DNA of 64,000 nt from Macrostomum hystrix (taxonomy: Eukaryota > Animalia > Platyhelminthes), in contig CATNEN010000001.1 in NCBI GenBank assembly GCA_950097015.1, forward strand, positions 25,854,001 to 25,918,000, given 5' to 3'. A model generated the notes under the pieces. It had not been told where the DNA came from. It saw only the letters and a list, made by a program, of their open reading frames with translations, and ran no database searches. How positions within the stretch are numbered: the first letter of the stretch is position 1; each line of letters opens with the position of its first letter. Positions 51,795-64,000 of the stretch are shown here, in pieces. The position numbers and the translations under genes are program-made.

Positions 51795-54111
51795 ACTGGA
51801 CTGGACTGGATAGCTAGCTAGGACTAGAAAGCTAGGGAGGCAAGATAGGACTAGACAGCTAGTGGGGGGGCAGGATAGCTAGCTAGGACTGGACAGCTAG
51901 GGGGGCAGAAAAGCTAGCTAGGAATGGACAGCTAGGGGGCAGGATAGCTATCTAGGGGGGGCAGGATAGCTATCTAGGGGGGGCAGGATAGCTAGCTAGG
52001 GGGGCAGGATAGCTAGCTAGGGGGGCAGGATAGCTAGCTAAGGGGGGCAGGATAGCTAGCTAGGACTGGCCACCTAGGGGGGTGGCAAGATTTCTAGCTA
52101 GGACTGGACAGCTATGGGGCAGGATAGCTAGCTAGGACTGGACAGCTAGGGGGGCAGGATAGCTAGCTAGGACTAGGCAGTTAGGGGGGCACTGGGCACA
52201 ATAGCTAGCTAGGACTGGACAGCTAGGGGGCAGGATAGCGAGCTAGGACTGGACAGCTAGGGGCCAGGATAGCTAGCTAGGACTGGACAGCTAGGGGCCA
52301 GGATAGCTAGCTAGGACTGGCCAGCTAGGGGCCAGGATTGCTAGCTAGGACTGGGCAGTTAGGGGGGCACTGGGCACAATAGCTAGCTAGGACTGGACAG
52401 CTAGGGGGCAGGATAGCTAGCTAGGACTGGACAGCTAGGGGCCAGGATAGCTAGCTAGGACTGGCCAGCTAGGGGCCAGGATTGCTAGCTAGGACTGGCC
52501 AGCTAGGGGGCAGGATAGCTAGCTAGGACTAGACAGCTAGGGGGGCAAGATTGCTAGCTAGGACTGGGACAGCTAGGGGGCAGGATAGCTAGCTAGGGGG
52601 GCAGGATAGCTAGCTAGGGGGGCAGGATAGCTAGCTAGGGGGGCAGGATAGCTAGCTAGGGGGGCAGGATAGCTAGCTAGGGGGGCAGGATAGCTAGCTA
52701 GGGGGGCAGGATAGCTAGCTAGGGGGGGCAGGATAGCTAGCTAGGGGGGCAGGATAGCTAGCTAGGGGGGCATGATAGCTAGCTAGGACTGGCCAGCTAG
52801 GGGGGGCAAGATTTCTAGCTAGGACTGGACAGCTAGTGGGCAGGATAGCTAGCTAGGGGGGGCCTGGATAGCTAGCTAGGACTGGCCAGCTAGGGGGGGG
52901 GCAAGATTTCTAGCAAGGACTGGACAGCTAGTGGGCAGGATAGCTAGCTAGGGGTGGCAGGATAGCTAGCTAGGACTAGGCAGTTAGGGGGGCACTGGGC
53001 ACAATAGCTAGCTAGGACTGGACAGCTAGGGGGCAGGATAGCTAGCTAGGACTGGACAGCTAGGGGCCAGGATAGCTAACTAGGACTGGCCAGCTAGGGG
53101 GGCAAGATTGCTAGCTAGGACTGGACAGCTAGGGGGCAGGATAGCTAGTTAGGACTAGACAGCTAGGGGGGCAAGATTGCTAGCTAGGACTAGACAGCTA
53201 GGGGCAGGATATCTAGGAGGACTAGAGGGCTGGGTAGCGAGGAGGACTGGATAAATATAGTATATATATATGTTATACTTTATATTGTAAAATGTATTTA
53301 ATACTAATATAGATAATGTCTCTAAATTAACAAATATGACTAGATCATAACATAAAAAGCTATTTGGTAGTTTAGAACAATTCAATAAATTTTCTTCATG
53401 CAAATGAGTGCCATATAATTTTTTATATAACTACTAACTAGCATTTATAATAACAAAAAAGCTATAACTAAACAGTATTTATATAATTTATCAGCACATT
53501 ATTGGATAAATAGATCAAATGTTTAGAAAATATATCATGCCTAGGCATAGCCTAGCTTGATTTCTACTTAACAAAAGTTTCACATCAGAAAAAGCCCATA
53601 AAGCTAAAGAACCTGAGTTAATAGTTAATTCCTGTAACCTGTTACTACAACTTTCTAATCTAGCAAGCAGTAATATAGTGGCTTTACTGTTACATTACAA
53701 GAAAATTCATATTCGACAAAAAGCAATCTTCAACTTCACCATACAATGTAAGTCACATCTATGTATAGCTTTAAAGCAACTGACTAGCTTGTAAATTCTG
53801 CAAGTAACATCAAACCTGATAATGAATCATATACCAGTGCCAGCCCCGTGCTGATGAATTTTAAATTCGTTTTTATTCAAACAGCACTTTAAAACAAAGT
53901 CGTATTTCAAAATTTAGGATTTTTAACAGGTTAAACAAAACACAATAAATCGCTTAATTTCTAGCCTTGCTGCATTGAAGTACTAGTTAGTTAAAACAGA
54001 TGAGCTTTTTCCGGTCTAGTCCATAGAAGAAAGCTTAACAGACGAGCTTTTTCCAGGCTAGACGGGAGATATTTTAAGCTTTTTCCCCGTCTAGACCTCT
54101 GCCGTCGGGTG
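51795..54111. repeat. Right TIR including satellite 51795-53250
   Basis: Inverted copy of 38483-40330. Confidence 0.93.
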
Positions 54112-56730
54112 AATTTGCCGTACGACAAAAATTTCGAATGCTGCTGTTAACATAGCCGATTTGAATTTGATTTTCTTGTAGAAACCATATGAAACAGAAC
54201 GACTGAAATGTACAATTTGATTATTTAAAAATTATTTTAATTCAGTTTTTGAAGCAACTTATTTCTTTCTTCAATTAAATTTTGTTATACAATTTATAAA
54301 ATGCTTATTTTCAAAATATCCACTCAAAAAGTAAGTTCAAGAGCTTTAAAAATGCGCACGTTTTTTCACTTCACGGCTCCAAAAAGTCACCATAGAAGAT
54401 TTTTGCAGGACGCAAGACTTTTTACGTTACAAAATAGCACTTTTATGTGCATTTTTTTTTATCAGTTTCAAAAGGCTTTTTAGTTACCTATTTGGTATTT
54501 TCTTCTTTTAAAGATTTTTGCGAAATCAGGTCTTTTTAACTTATTACGAAACTGTGGACCCACACTTTTACGCAACGCAATGCGCATGATGTCATCTTAA
54601 AGCACTTGCTAAATGCTATTTATTGACACCACACTGAAGGCCTGGCGTAGCATGGTTAATAAATAGCAGCGTGAAATATAGCAAAAAAACGCATAGTACC
54701 GGAACCTCGTAATTCGGTAAAATGTTAATAGCGTCAAAATACGAATTTTCGCACACTAACGAAGATGACAGTCATCTGTACGTGTTTACTGGGCACAATA
54801 GTGATCTTGGAAGCTAAGAACCTCATAGCAAAAATTAATATATTTTCCGCCCTATGTAGTGCTCAAATGGGTTGTTTTTGCACAAAATCACGTTTTTCGA
54901 TTTTGAGAGTCAATTATAAAGTTTTTATGCAACTGACAGACGTGAATGTCACTTTTTCTGAGAGTAGTCATCTAGATGTTTCTAATAAGTACTAATATGG
55001 GTCATTCTTATGCCTCACCTATCCTTAGTATAGGTACAAAGTCATTATTTCATTTCCAGCAAGTCACGTGACCTGGCCTAAGGTGTACAACGCATCGTGC
55101 AATGCCAGCGAACATACACTCAAATTAAAGCACTTTTTAAATGTTAATTATTGACACCACACTGAGGGCCTGGCGTAGCATCATTAATAAATGGCAGCGT
55201 GAAATATAGCAAAAAAACGCATAACACCGGAACCTCGTAATTCGGTAAATGTTATTAGCGTAAAAATACGAATTTTCGCACACTAACGAAGATAGCAGTC
55301 ATCTGTACGTGTTTACTGGGCACAATAGTGCTCTTGGAAGCTAAGAACCTCATAGCGAAAATCAATAAATTTTTCACCCTATGTGTGCTCATATGGGTTG
55401 CTTTTGCACAAAATCACGTTTTTCGATTTTAAAAGTCAATTATAACAAAATTTTGCAACTGACAGACGTGAATATCATTTTTTCTGACAGTAGTCATCTA
55501 GGTGTTTCTAATAAGTACAAATTTTGGCTCATTCTTACGCTTCACCTATCCTTAGTATAGGTACAAAGTCATTATTTCATTTCCAGCAAGTCACGTGACC
55601 TGACCTGAGGTGTACAACGCATCGTGCAATGACAGCGAACATACATTCAAATTAATGTACATCTAAAATGTAGTTCAATGACACCAAGTGCGTCGCGCTC
55701 CGGTAATCCGCTCAAAAGTTACAGGCTAAAAAGTATGTTCGATATGCAAGCCCCCCGTACCGTCGTTAAAGTACATTTCTGTACCGGAAGCGACTTCAAT
55801 AAACTAAGACGAAATTTCAAGATATACATATTGTGCGCAATTTAGTTGTGCACCTTGCCTAAAAAGTCTGATTTTCCTAGCATGTCGTCGTTTCTTATTT
55901 TTTTGTACATTTGTATCATGAAAAATGCATAAAAATAGCCTAAATCACGTTTATCGACTTTAGCAGTGTATGGCTCAGAGTCAGTGCAACGAAACGGCTC
56001 AAAATGTATTATAAACATGTAGATCTTACCTAAATGACCGCAGTCATGTACTTTTTAGAGTCTCGCAACAAGGTTGAATTTCCTTTATTTCGGTTCGAAT
56101 ACCTACCCGTCGAATATTCGAATGTAATTAACAGGTGCGAATGTACAGTTAAAGTGAGTATCTTGGCTAAAGTCGTGCGTCATGTAAGAGTCCCAGGTGC
56201 CATCGTTAGAATGACGCAGCTCAAAGGTCGCGCGTCAGCGTCAGTTGAAAGTTGAAAAAAATGCGCATTTTTTGACACTTAAAAAACACACTTTTACAGA
56301 ATTACCTATCAAGGTAAGCATTTAGCGGAAAATAACCAATCAGTGTCTTGTAGGTCTTAAAATTCGCCAAAAGTTGGGTTCAATCAATTTTTGACTCCAT
56401 ATTGTGAATCCTTATTTTTTGAGATTAAAGATTTCGACAGGTCTAAAAAAAGCCACTTTTTTGTTGCTATGGCAACCAAGACGCGTTGCTATGGAACTTT
56501 CACGTCGCTCATCTTGTAGCCCTAAATGTTTTACGTCCATAGAGGGGTCACACATGGTTTCATCTCAAGTGGTTTTAATTCTGCATCAATTTTAGTTTCT
56601 AAAACGTTGATTTTACGTTGGGGGAGTCTCCGGGCAATCTTATCTCGGTCTCGTTTGTCCGAAAAAATTGCCAACGAGGAGCGAAGCGAGCTTCGCTCGC
56701 TTCGCTCCTCGTTGGCAATTTTTGCGGACT
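54112..56730. mobile_element. Helentron/HINE-like repeat (target of the KDZ insertion) with ~530-bp tandem duplication and terminal hairpin
   Basis: Tandem units begin near 54617 and 55147; perfect hairpin at 56663-56723; related to 12960-15058. Confidence 0.5.
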
Positions 56731-57164
56731 GCACTTCGACCTAACTAGAATGAACTGGAGTGACACGTAAGCTGGAATGAAAACTATATTTCTGTCTGGC
56801 TGTTCAATCTGACAAGAGAGATGATTCTCTATCGAACTCAAAGGCTTTTCTGGAACTGTATTATAGAAATTTGTCTATGGTTAAAAGTGGGGGCTCTGCC
56901 CCCACACCCCGTCAAGGGAGCAGAAGGCTTTTCTTCCATAGAATATCATTTTCTAGCGGGCCAAGAAACGTGACTTGTTCTTTGTTTCCGTTCAAACCAG
57001 TGCAGTTTGCGTCGCGGACCAAGGAATAACGTTTCTCGGCCCGCCCTTAGAATCAAGAAGGAATACTAATCCTTCACGCTGTCTAAGGCAGAAAGGATTC
57101 ATATATTCTATACTTATTGAACTATTAATAACAACTATAGCATTTTGCAGTCAAGTTTGAACTG

Positions 57165-57666
57165 CGGGCATTCAAATTAGACGCTTGACCAGATCTCACT
57201 GCTGGCACAAATGCTATCTATGGCCTAGACAAAATCACACTGGTGGGCACTCAATTTAGACAAGGGGCATTCAAATTAGACAAGTTCTCAGGCGCATTGG
57301 CTGGGCAATTTAAGATCGTGTTGCGTCTGTTGTCAGACAACCATTCTGCGAACCCTGAACTATGAAGATAAGAACAAGTTATAACAGAGTAAGCATGTGT
57401 GAACAAACAAAACAGGGTGCTCAGCACATCAATGAACAAGAGTCTCACAAGAGTCTCATCTGATAGAGAATTCAAACCATGTCTTCATTTGCCAGACAGC
57501 GTGGGATGAAGCGGAGCGTGTGCTGATACCAGTGAACGCACTTCAGTGGAGTCACGTCATCCATCGCGATTTCCCCGCACCTCTGCAGCACCATCAGTCT
57601 CCATTGAACGGCAGTCATGTCAGGAGGCGGAACAGCCAATTCTCTCTGAACTTCAGGATTGGACAA
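57165..57666 (-). mobile_element. 3' end relic of an IS630/Tc1-like element
   Basis: C-terminus VTPLKCVHWYQHTLRFIPRCL parallels ITPFKCLQWINHSVTYIQRCL. Repeated gggcattcaaattagac subterminal motif. Confidence 0.65.
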
Positions 57667-57732
57667 TATGTGTTGTTGGTTAATATACTGTTAATTTTTT
57701 CCGTTACAATATTCTACTCGCATTGAAGAATG

Positions 57733-57891
57733 CCATAGACTAAATTCGCGGGCAAACATTGACGATTCTAATGGCCGCGCGGCCCGCGAAATCATGGGAC
57801 AACAGCAGAGGGCGGGCTGCCATTAGTTTCAACCTCGTTTTAACATGCGTAGGCTGAATACAACGAGTCGGCCCGCGACACTTGTCTATGG
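57733..57891. mobile_element. 159-bp MITE with CCATAGAC-N7-GCGGGC inverted ends, just upstream of SLC1 copy 2
   Basis: Left end ccatagac taaattc gcgggc; right end reverse complement ccatagac aagtgtc gcgggc. Confidence 0.7.
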
Positions 57892-58027
57892 TAATATAGA
57901 AGCATTCCGAGAGACGCGTCTATCTTTCTCAAGTAGAGACAGCCATAGTACGAGCGTACTCGTGCTCCTGTGTAGCGAATCTGCTCTGTTAAAATTGCTT
58001 GCACCAGATCTTGACACAGACTTCAAG

Positions 58028-61000
58028 ATGAGACGATTCCAAGAAATCAAAGAAGAGAAAGTGCTTCCTGACTGGACACCACAGGAACTGAAGAAAATTG
58101 CCAAGGTGTATAATAAGCAAACATCGTCCATTTATTATCTGGACCTAGAGTTACCAGAAAACCGCTCAAGGAGCCATTCGGAGACCTCGGAAAGTACTTG
58201 TACAACTGAAGTGAGCTCGAAGCAAAATCGAAAATTTTCCTTCACTTGCCTGAAAAACCCAGACAATATTTTGCCAGCTCTCACACTGTTGTCAATGATT
58301 CTTGCTGTGCCAGTTGGTCTCTCGATTCACCGACTGGAGCCCAGCGAACTGACTGTCGAGCTTATCAGCCTACCGGGTGAATTGCTGATCAACATGCTCA
58401 ACCTGATGGTTTTTCCGTTGCTTTTCTCTTCACTAGTGTCCGGTTCGTGCTTGCTCGTGCTTTTCTGTTTGATAATTTTTACTTTTAGCTCAGAACGTAA
58501 GTGAGCAAGCAGTCGAACAACAGTAGGGTTTGGGAGTGGGAGAAAGCTTCTACTGGGAAGGGGGGGTTTTGCAGCCAATTATAAATGATCAGGGTTAGAG
58601 GTAAGAGGAGACACTCCCTGAGGACAGGGGTTGTTGCAGCCAATTATAAATGAGCAGGGTTAGAGGTAAGAGAAACACTCCCTGAGGACAAGGGTTTTTG
58701 CAGCCAATTATAAATGAGCAGGGTTAGAGGTAAGAGGAGACACTCCCTGAGGCCAGGGGTTGTTGCAGCCAATTATAAATGAGCTGGGCTAGAGGTGAGA
58801 GAAGACACTCCCTGAAGCCAGGGGTTGTTGCAGCCAATCATAAAGCATCCGGGAGTTAGGAGCTCAATATTGCAACCTTAAAACGCCGTAAAAAGTGCCT
58901 AAATAAGTGTCCAAAATTGACCTCTCACATTAAATTAAAACGCCAGGGTTCTCTAATCCGAAGATAAAATCTATAAACCGGATTTCCGTCTTCATAATGG
59001 TATATTTCTTCTTCTTGTGCTTGGCTGCTGTGTCAATCGGCATCATTCTAACGGTCATTATTCAGCCAGGCAACTATTACTTTAAAAAAGAACTCACGGC
59101 CAGAGGCTACGTGACCAATGAAAGCCAAAGCAGCGAAGTGCTTGAACATATGCTGGACCTAATACGGTGCGTTTCGAATTGTCAAATTTAAATTTGATGT
59201 TAATAATATATTCTAAATCATATCGAACCATCGTATGATTCTCGCTGGACTAGAATAAAATAGCAATCCAAATCGCTTGATACCTTCTGCATGGAGTAGA
59301 TTAGCAATCCAAATCCCTTGATACCTTCTGCATGGAGTAGATTAGCAATCCAAATCCATTGATACCTTTTTCATGGAGTAGATTAGCAATCCAAATCCAT
59401 TGATACATTCTGCATGGAGTAGATTAGCAATCCAAATCCCTTGATACCTTCTGCATGGAGTAGATTAGCAATTCAAATCCCTTGATACCTTCTGCATGGA
59501 GTAGATTAGCAATCCAAATCCCTTGATATCTTCTGCATGGAGCAGATTAGCAATCCAAATCCCTTGATACCTTCTGCATGGAGTAGATTAGCAATCCAAA
59601 TCCCTTGATACCTTCTGCATGGAGTAGATTAGCAATCCAAATTCATTGATGCTTTCTGCATGGAGTAGATTAGCAATCAAAATCCCTTGGTGCTTACTGC
59701 ATGGAGTAGATTAGCAATCCAAATCCCTTGGTGCTTTCTGCATGGAGTAGATTAGCAATCCAAATCCCTTGGTGCTTACTGCATGGAGTAGATTAGCAAT
59801 CCAAATCCCTTGATACCTTCTGCATGGAGTAGATTAGCAATCCAAATCCCTTGGTGCTTACTGCATGGAGTAGATTAGCAATCCAAATCCCTTGGTGCTT
59901 ACTGCATGGAGTAGATTAGCAATCCAAATCCCTTGGTGCTTACTGCATGGAGTAGATTAGCAATCCAAATCCCTTGGTGCTTACAATACAGAGTCGACCA
60001 ATAATAAATAAACTTACAGCTTATATTATCATTTGAGTCTCACTGCATGAGGTGCCACATTTCAGAAACATTATCCCAGATGGCTTACTTCAAGAAACAT
60101 TTCGCAAAAATAAATTTACTGTAAAATACAGCAATGACACAAATGGCTTAGTGCAGATCGAGAATAATTATGTTGAAGGGATGAACTTGCTGGGTAAGTT
60201 TTAAGTATCCTTATATGCTCAGTTAAATAATTGGCCTGTCACTAAGCCGCAACCCAACCCCAATTTCAGCTTGCGTCAGTTTCTCAATTTTCTTCGGTTT
60301 GGCGATAAAACGCTTGTCAAATCACACGGGAGACCTGATTGACCTGATGGTTGCCATCAACGACACTTGCTGCATGATGGTGCGGGTCATAACTTGGTGA
60401 GTCCTCGGTGCAATCTAATGACCAAAAAAGCAACTGACCCAATCTCTAACTGACCCAATCTCTAACTGACCCATTCTATAACTGACCCATCTCTAACTGA
60501 CCCAATCGCTAACTGACCCATTCTCTAACTGACCCAATCTCTAACTGACCCAATCTCTAACTGACGAAATCTCTAACTGACGAAATCTCTAACTGACCCA
60601 ATCTCTAACTGACCCAATCTCTAACTGACCCATTCTATAACTGACCCATCTCTAACTGACCCATTCTCTATCTGACCCAATCTCTAACTGACCCAATCTC
60701 TAACTGACCCATTCTATAACTGACCCATCTCTAACTGACCTAATCTATAACTGACCCATTCTCTAACTGACCCAATCTCTAACTGACCCAATCTCTAACT
60801 GACGAAATCTCTAACTGACAAAATCTCTAACTGACCCAATCTCTAACTGACCCAATCTCTAACTGACCCATTCTATAACTGACCCATCTCTAACTGACCC
60901 ATTCTCTAACTGACCCAATCTCTAACTGACCCATTCTCTAAGTGACCCAATCTCTAACTTACCCTATCTCTAACTGACCCAATCTTCAACTGACCCATTC

Positions 61001-63878
61001 TCTAACTGACCCAATATTTAACTGACCCAATCTCTAACTGACCCAATCTCTAATTGACCCATTCTATAACTGACCCAATCTCTAACTGACCCAATCTCTA
61101 ATTGACCCATTCTATAACTGACCCAATCTCTAACTGACCCAATCTCTAATTGACCCATTCTATAACTGACCAAATCTCTAACTGACCCAATCTCTATCTG
61201 ACCCAATCTCTAACTGACCCATTCTCTATCTGACCCAATCTCTAACTGACCCATCTCTATCTGACCCAATCTCTAACTGACCCAATCTCTAACTGACCCA
61301 ATCTCTATCTGACCCAATCTCTATCTGACCCAATCTCTATCTGACCCAATCTCTAACTGACCCATTCTCTAACTGACCAATCTCTAACTGACCCAATCTC
61401 TAACTGACCCAATCTCTATCTGACCCAATCTCTAACTGACCTAATCTCTATCTGACCCATTCTCTAACTGACCAATCTCTAACTGACCCAATCTCTAACT
61501 GACCCAATCTCTATCTGACCCAATCTCTAACTTACCCATCTCTATCTGACCCATCTCTAACTGACCCATCTCTATCTGACCCATCTCTAACTGACCCAAT
61601 CTCTAACTGACCCAATCTTTATCTGACCCAATCTCTAACTGATACATAACTAACCCAAACCACAACTGACGCAAGCATATGAGCCGTGGAAAAAATACAT
61701 TTCAAACTTATCTTATTTCAATGCAACGTTTTCAAGGGTTGCCATTTAAACTTCCATCTAACCTCTCACCCCACTAAACCAAGGTACACACCGGTTGGGG
61801 TGTTCTCGTTACTGGTGATAACTACATTGGAAATGAATAAATGGAGCGATGTACCATATTCTAAAGAGATGTTTCAACAACTTGGCTACTTCTTACTGAC
61901 TGTGTTAACTGGCTTTGTATTGCAAACATGCCTTCAGGCATTGTCCTACCTGGTTCTGGTTAACAGGAGTCCGATCAAAATTTTTCTGGGCACCTTCCAG
62001 GCTTGTGTGACGTCTTTTGGCACCGCATCCTCAGCTGCCACCCTGCCGATCACTTTCCATTGCACTGAGGACAAGCTGGGCATTGATAAGAGAATCACTA
62101 AAATTGTGCTGCCCATTGGTACAGCAGTAAACATGAACGCAGCTGCGATGTACATGGCTGCGTTTGGTGTTTTCATGGCACAGGTTTTTGACATCAGACT
62201 TACCCCTGTTCGGATAATAGCCACCAGGTGAGAAGTACTGTGTCACCTGCTAGACTTGAGTGTCACCTGTTAGACTGGAGTGTCACCTGCAAGACTGGAG
62301 TGTCACCTGTTAGACTTGAGTGTCACCTGTTAGACTGGATTACCACCTGTTAGACTGGAGTGACAATATCAATGCAAATATTGTTTAAAGACTCATCTCT
62401 TACTCAGTTCAACCCAGCAAAATATCGCTATATCAATCCGCAGCTTTCTAGCAATGATTGCTTCTGTTAGCACGCCTGGCGTACCTGGTGGCATTGCATA
62501 TACAATAGGAATTGTGGCCTCTACTTTTGGCTTTCCGGCCTTAGCCGCATTTTACACTTGGGTTTGGACATGGCCAGTTGACTGGATAATGTGAGAGTCG
62601 CATTTCTCTTTAATTAAACTTTCTACTTAAGGAGCTCGTAGAAAGGCAGACGGGCTTCCTGTGCTTCAAGGCTGTAATATTAAACAATAAGTCAAGAATA
62701 TTAAATAATAAAGTTTGACCAGCCAGTGAAGTCATTAGGACAGCACGAGCATCATCCGCCCCAACTTTTGTTTTGAACTGAAACGTCAGACAGAAGCCGC
62801 TCTTCAGACTATGCACGCTAACCAGAGACGACCAACCGTTGTATGTAGACGTCAGTGTTTGACCAGGACCGAGAATAGTTTCATTATGATTTTCCTGAAT
62901 GGGAACTCTTACTTGAGTCGCTTTCTACAGTTTTGCTTTGTAGAAAACTGGTGTTTAAGGATCGTTCGTATTTTATGTTTAGAAGACATGAAGCGAAAAG
63001 GAGTGATGTCCTTTGTAGTACCAGTTACATGCAGTATCCTTTCTCTTTTTAGCTGCAGTGACAACACTTCCAACTGACTTAATATTCTATTTGTTTTCGC
63101 TTACAACCTTCAAGATCTTAGCACCCTGTGACCCTGTGCGATTATATCAGCAATACCGAGGCCAGAACATTCTTTCCTTGGACCCGTGGCGAAGTGCCCG
63201 GATCCACGTCTCATTAGATGAAGTTCCTCCTTATCGTAGTACCCCTAAGTACCCTAGCTCTAACGCATAGACAATCTATGCAATGTAGCATTTATTTTCT
63301 AACTCGTGGATCTCAGCGAATCTGAATGGATTAAGTCTCATTCTAACTGGTAGGTATCTGTCTTGCAGTGTTAGTAACAAGCGGTCACTACAATCACATA
63401 CCTCAAAAGCTGACTTACGAGTAAATAATACCGTGTCTGCACAAATTATAACCCCCAAAATTGCAGAGATAGATTCGGCACAGTCGTCAATGTCATGGGC
63501 GATGTCTTTTGTGCCGCGATTCTGCAGCACATTTGCACATTGGATGAAGAGAGCCCCTCGGAGATTCCGAACAGCGACATGGCTGAGGAGTTAAAAGAAA
63601 TTGACGAAGGTAAGTTAACAAAAAAGAATACTTTTTAAATAAGAGTACTAGTTAACAGCTTCTTGCAAATCGTTTGTAGTCTTTGGATCTTTTATAAGAT
63701 CAAACTGTACATCTGTCTCATCTAGCTATTCGTCTGTCTGAGTATTTAAGCAATTCTTATTTTAATACATCAGAAACATTCTGATGAATACATAAAATGA
63801 ACCCGATGCTTTCATGTAACCCCTGCTATTACATTTTCAGATCCCACTGATCAATCACCGCGTGGCAATGACATTTAG
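58028..63878 (+). CDS. SLC1/EAAT family transporter, copy 2; complete, 8 exons
   Basis: Exons 58028-58442, 58947-59166, 60066-60193, 60270-60396, 61784-62227, 62444-62590, 63467-63609 and 63841-63878, all GT-AG and in frame. N-terminal LPGELLINMLNLMVFPLLFSSLVSG and IIQPG motifs. ATG 58028 is preferred because the ORF-track start 57845 lies inside a MITE. Confidence 0.93.
58565..58845. repeat. ~65-bp intronic minisatellite (SLC1 copy 2 intron 1)
   Basis: gcagccaat recurs at 58571, 58636, 58700, 58765 and 58830. Confidence 0.93.
59260..59985. repeat. 41-bp intronic minisatellite (copy 2)
   Basis: Same unit as 1-500. Confidence 0.97.
60432..61643. repeat. 16-bp intronic minisatellite (copy 2, expanded)
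   Basis: Same unit as 948-1366. Confidence 0.97.
62239..62363. repeat. 20-bp intronic minisatellite (copy 2, shorter)
   Basis: Same unit as 1962-2206. Confidence 0.95.
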
Positions 63879-64000
63879 AGTCACCAAAACAGAGATAATA
63901 CTGTGGTTTTTGCGAAAATGTCTGTACTTTTTAATACGTATGTTTGCCGCTTTCTTTTAATTCTCAGTGAAATACACAAAATGCTCGAGCACAAAGCATT

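Larger units (their letters stand above)
38483..54111 (-). mobile_element. 15.6-kb KDZ (Kyakuja-Dileera-Zisupton)-type DNA transposon with very long TIRs
   Basis: Ends CACCCGACGG...CCGTCGGGTG. About 1 kb of near-perfect inverted identity continues into inverted ctagctag satellite arrays. TSD AATTTGC at 38476-38482 and 54112-54118. Confidence 0.9.

Noticed and set aside
57845-58027. N-terminal 61 aa of ORF 57845-58504 as part of the transporter
   Set aside because: It begins inside a MITE and has no SLC1 character; ATG 58028 is more plausible.

Overview
Eukaryotic (invertebrate animal-like; species not determinable here) genomic DNA. Both ends of the window carry near-identical copies, about 60 kb apart, of a spliced SLC1/EAAT-family transporter gene. 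Copy 1 is partial (582-3732) and copy 2 is complete (58028-63878); both lack several canonical ion- and substrate-binding residues. Between them lies a ~54-kb nest of transposable elements. (i) A 15.6-kb Kyakuja-Dileera-Zisupton (KDZ)-type DNA transposon has ~1.8-2.3-kb satellite-containing TIRs and a 7(8)-bp TSD. It carries a spliced KDZ transposase plus a convergent, apparently intact six-exon gene encoding an HMG-box-like protein with a long Gly/Ser/Pro/Arg/Asn repeat tail. (ii) Two Crypton-type tyrosine-recombinase elements appear to be bounded by CCATAGAC...GTCTATGG inverted ends, which they share with a 159-bp MITE. (iii) A four-level nest runs Crypton > IS630/Tc1-like DD30E element > BEL/Pao LTR retrotransposon > satellite-bearing Helitron. 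(iv) Also present are a deleted Tc1 DD34E element, mariner and IS630-like relics, two copies of a 2.2-2.4-kb non-coding TGT...CA element, and two related Helentron-like repeats. Other host-type sequences are a frameshifted WSC+PAN-like gene and an eLOTUS (TDRD5/7-like) pseudogene fragment. All calls come from reading the sequence and ORF track by eye; no searches were run.
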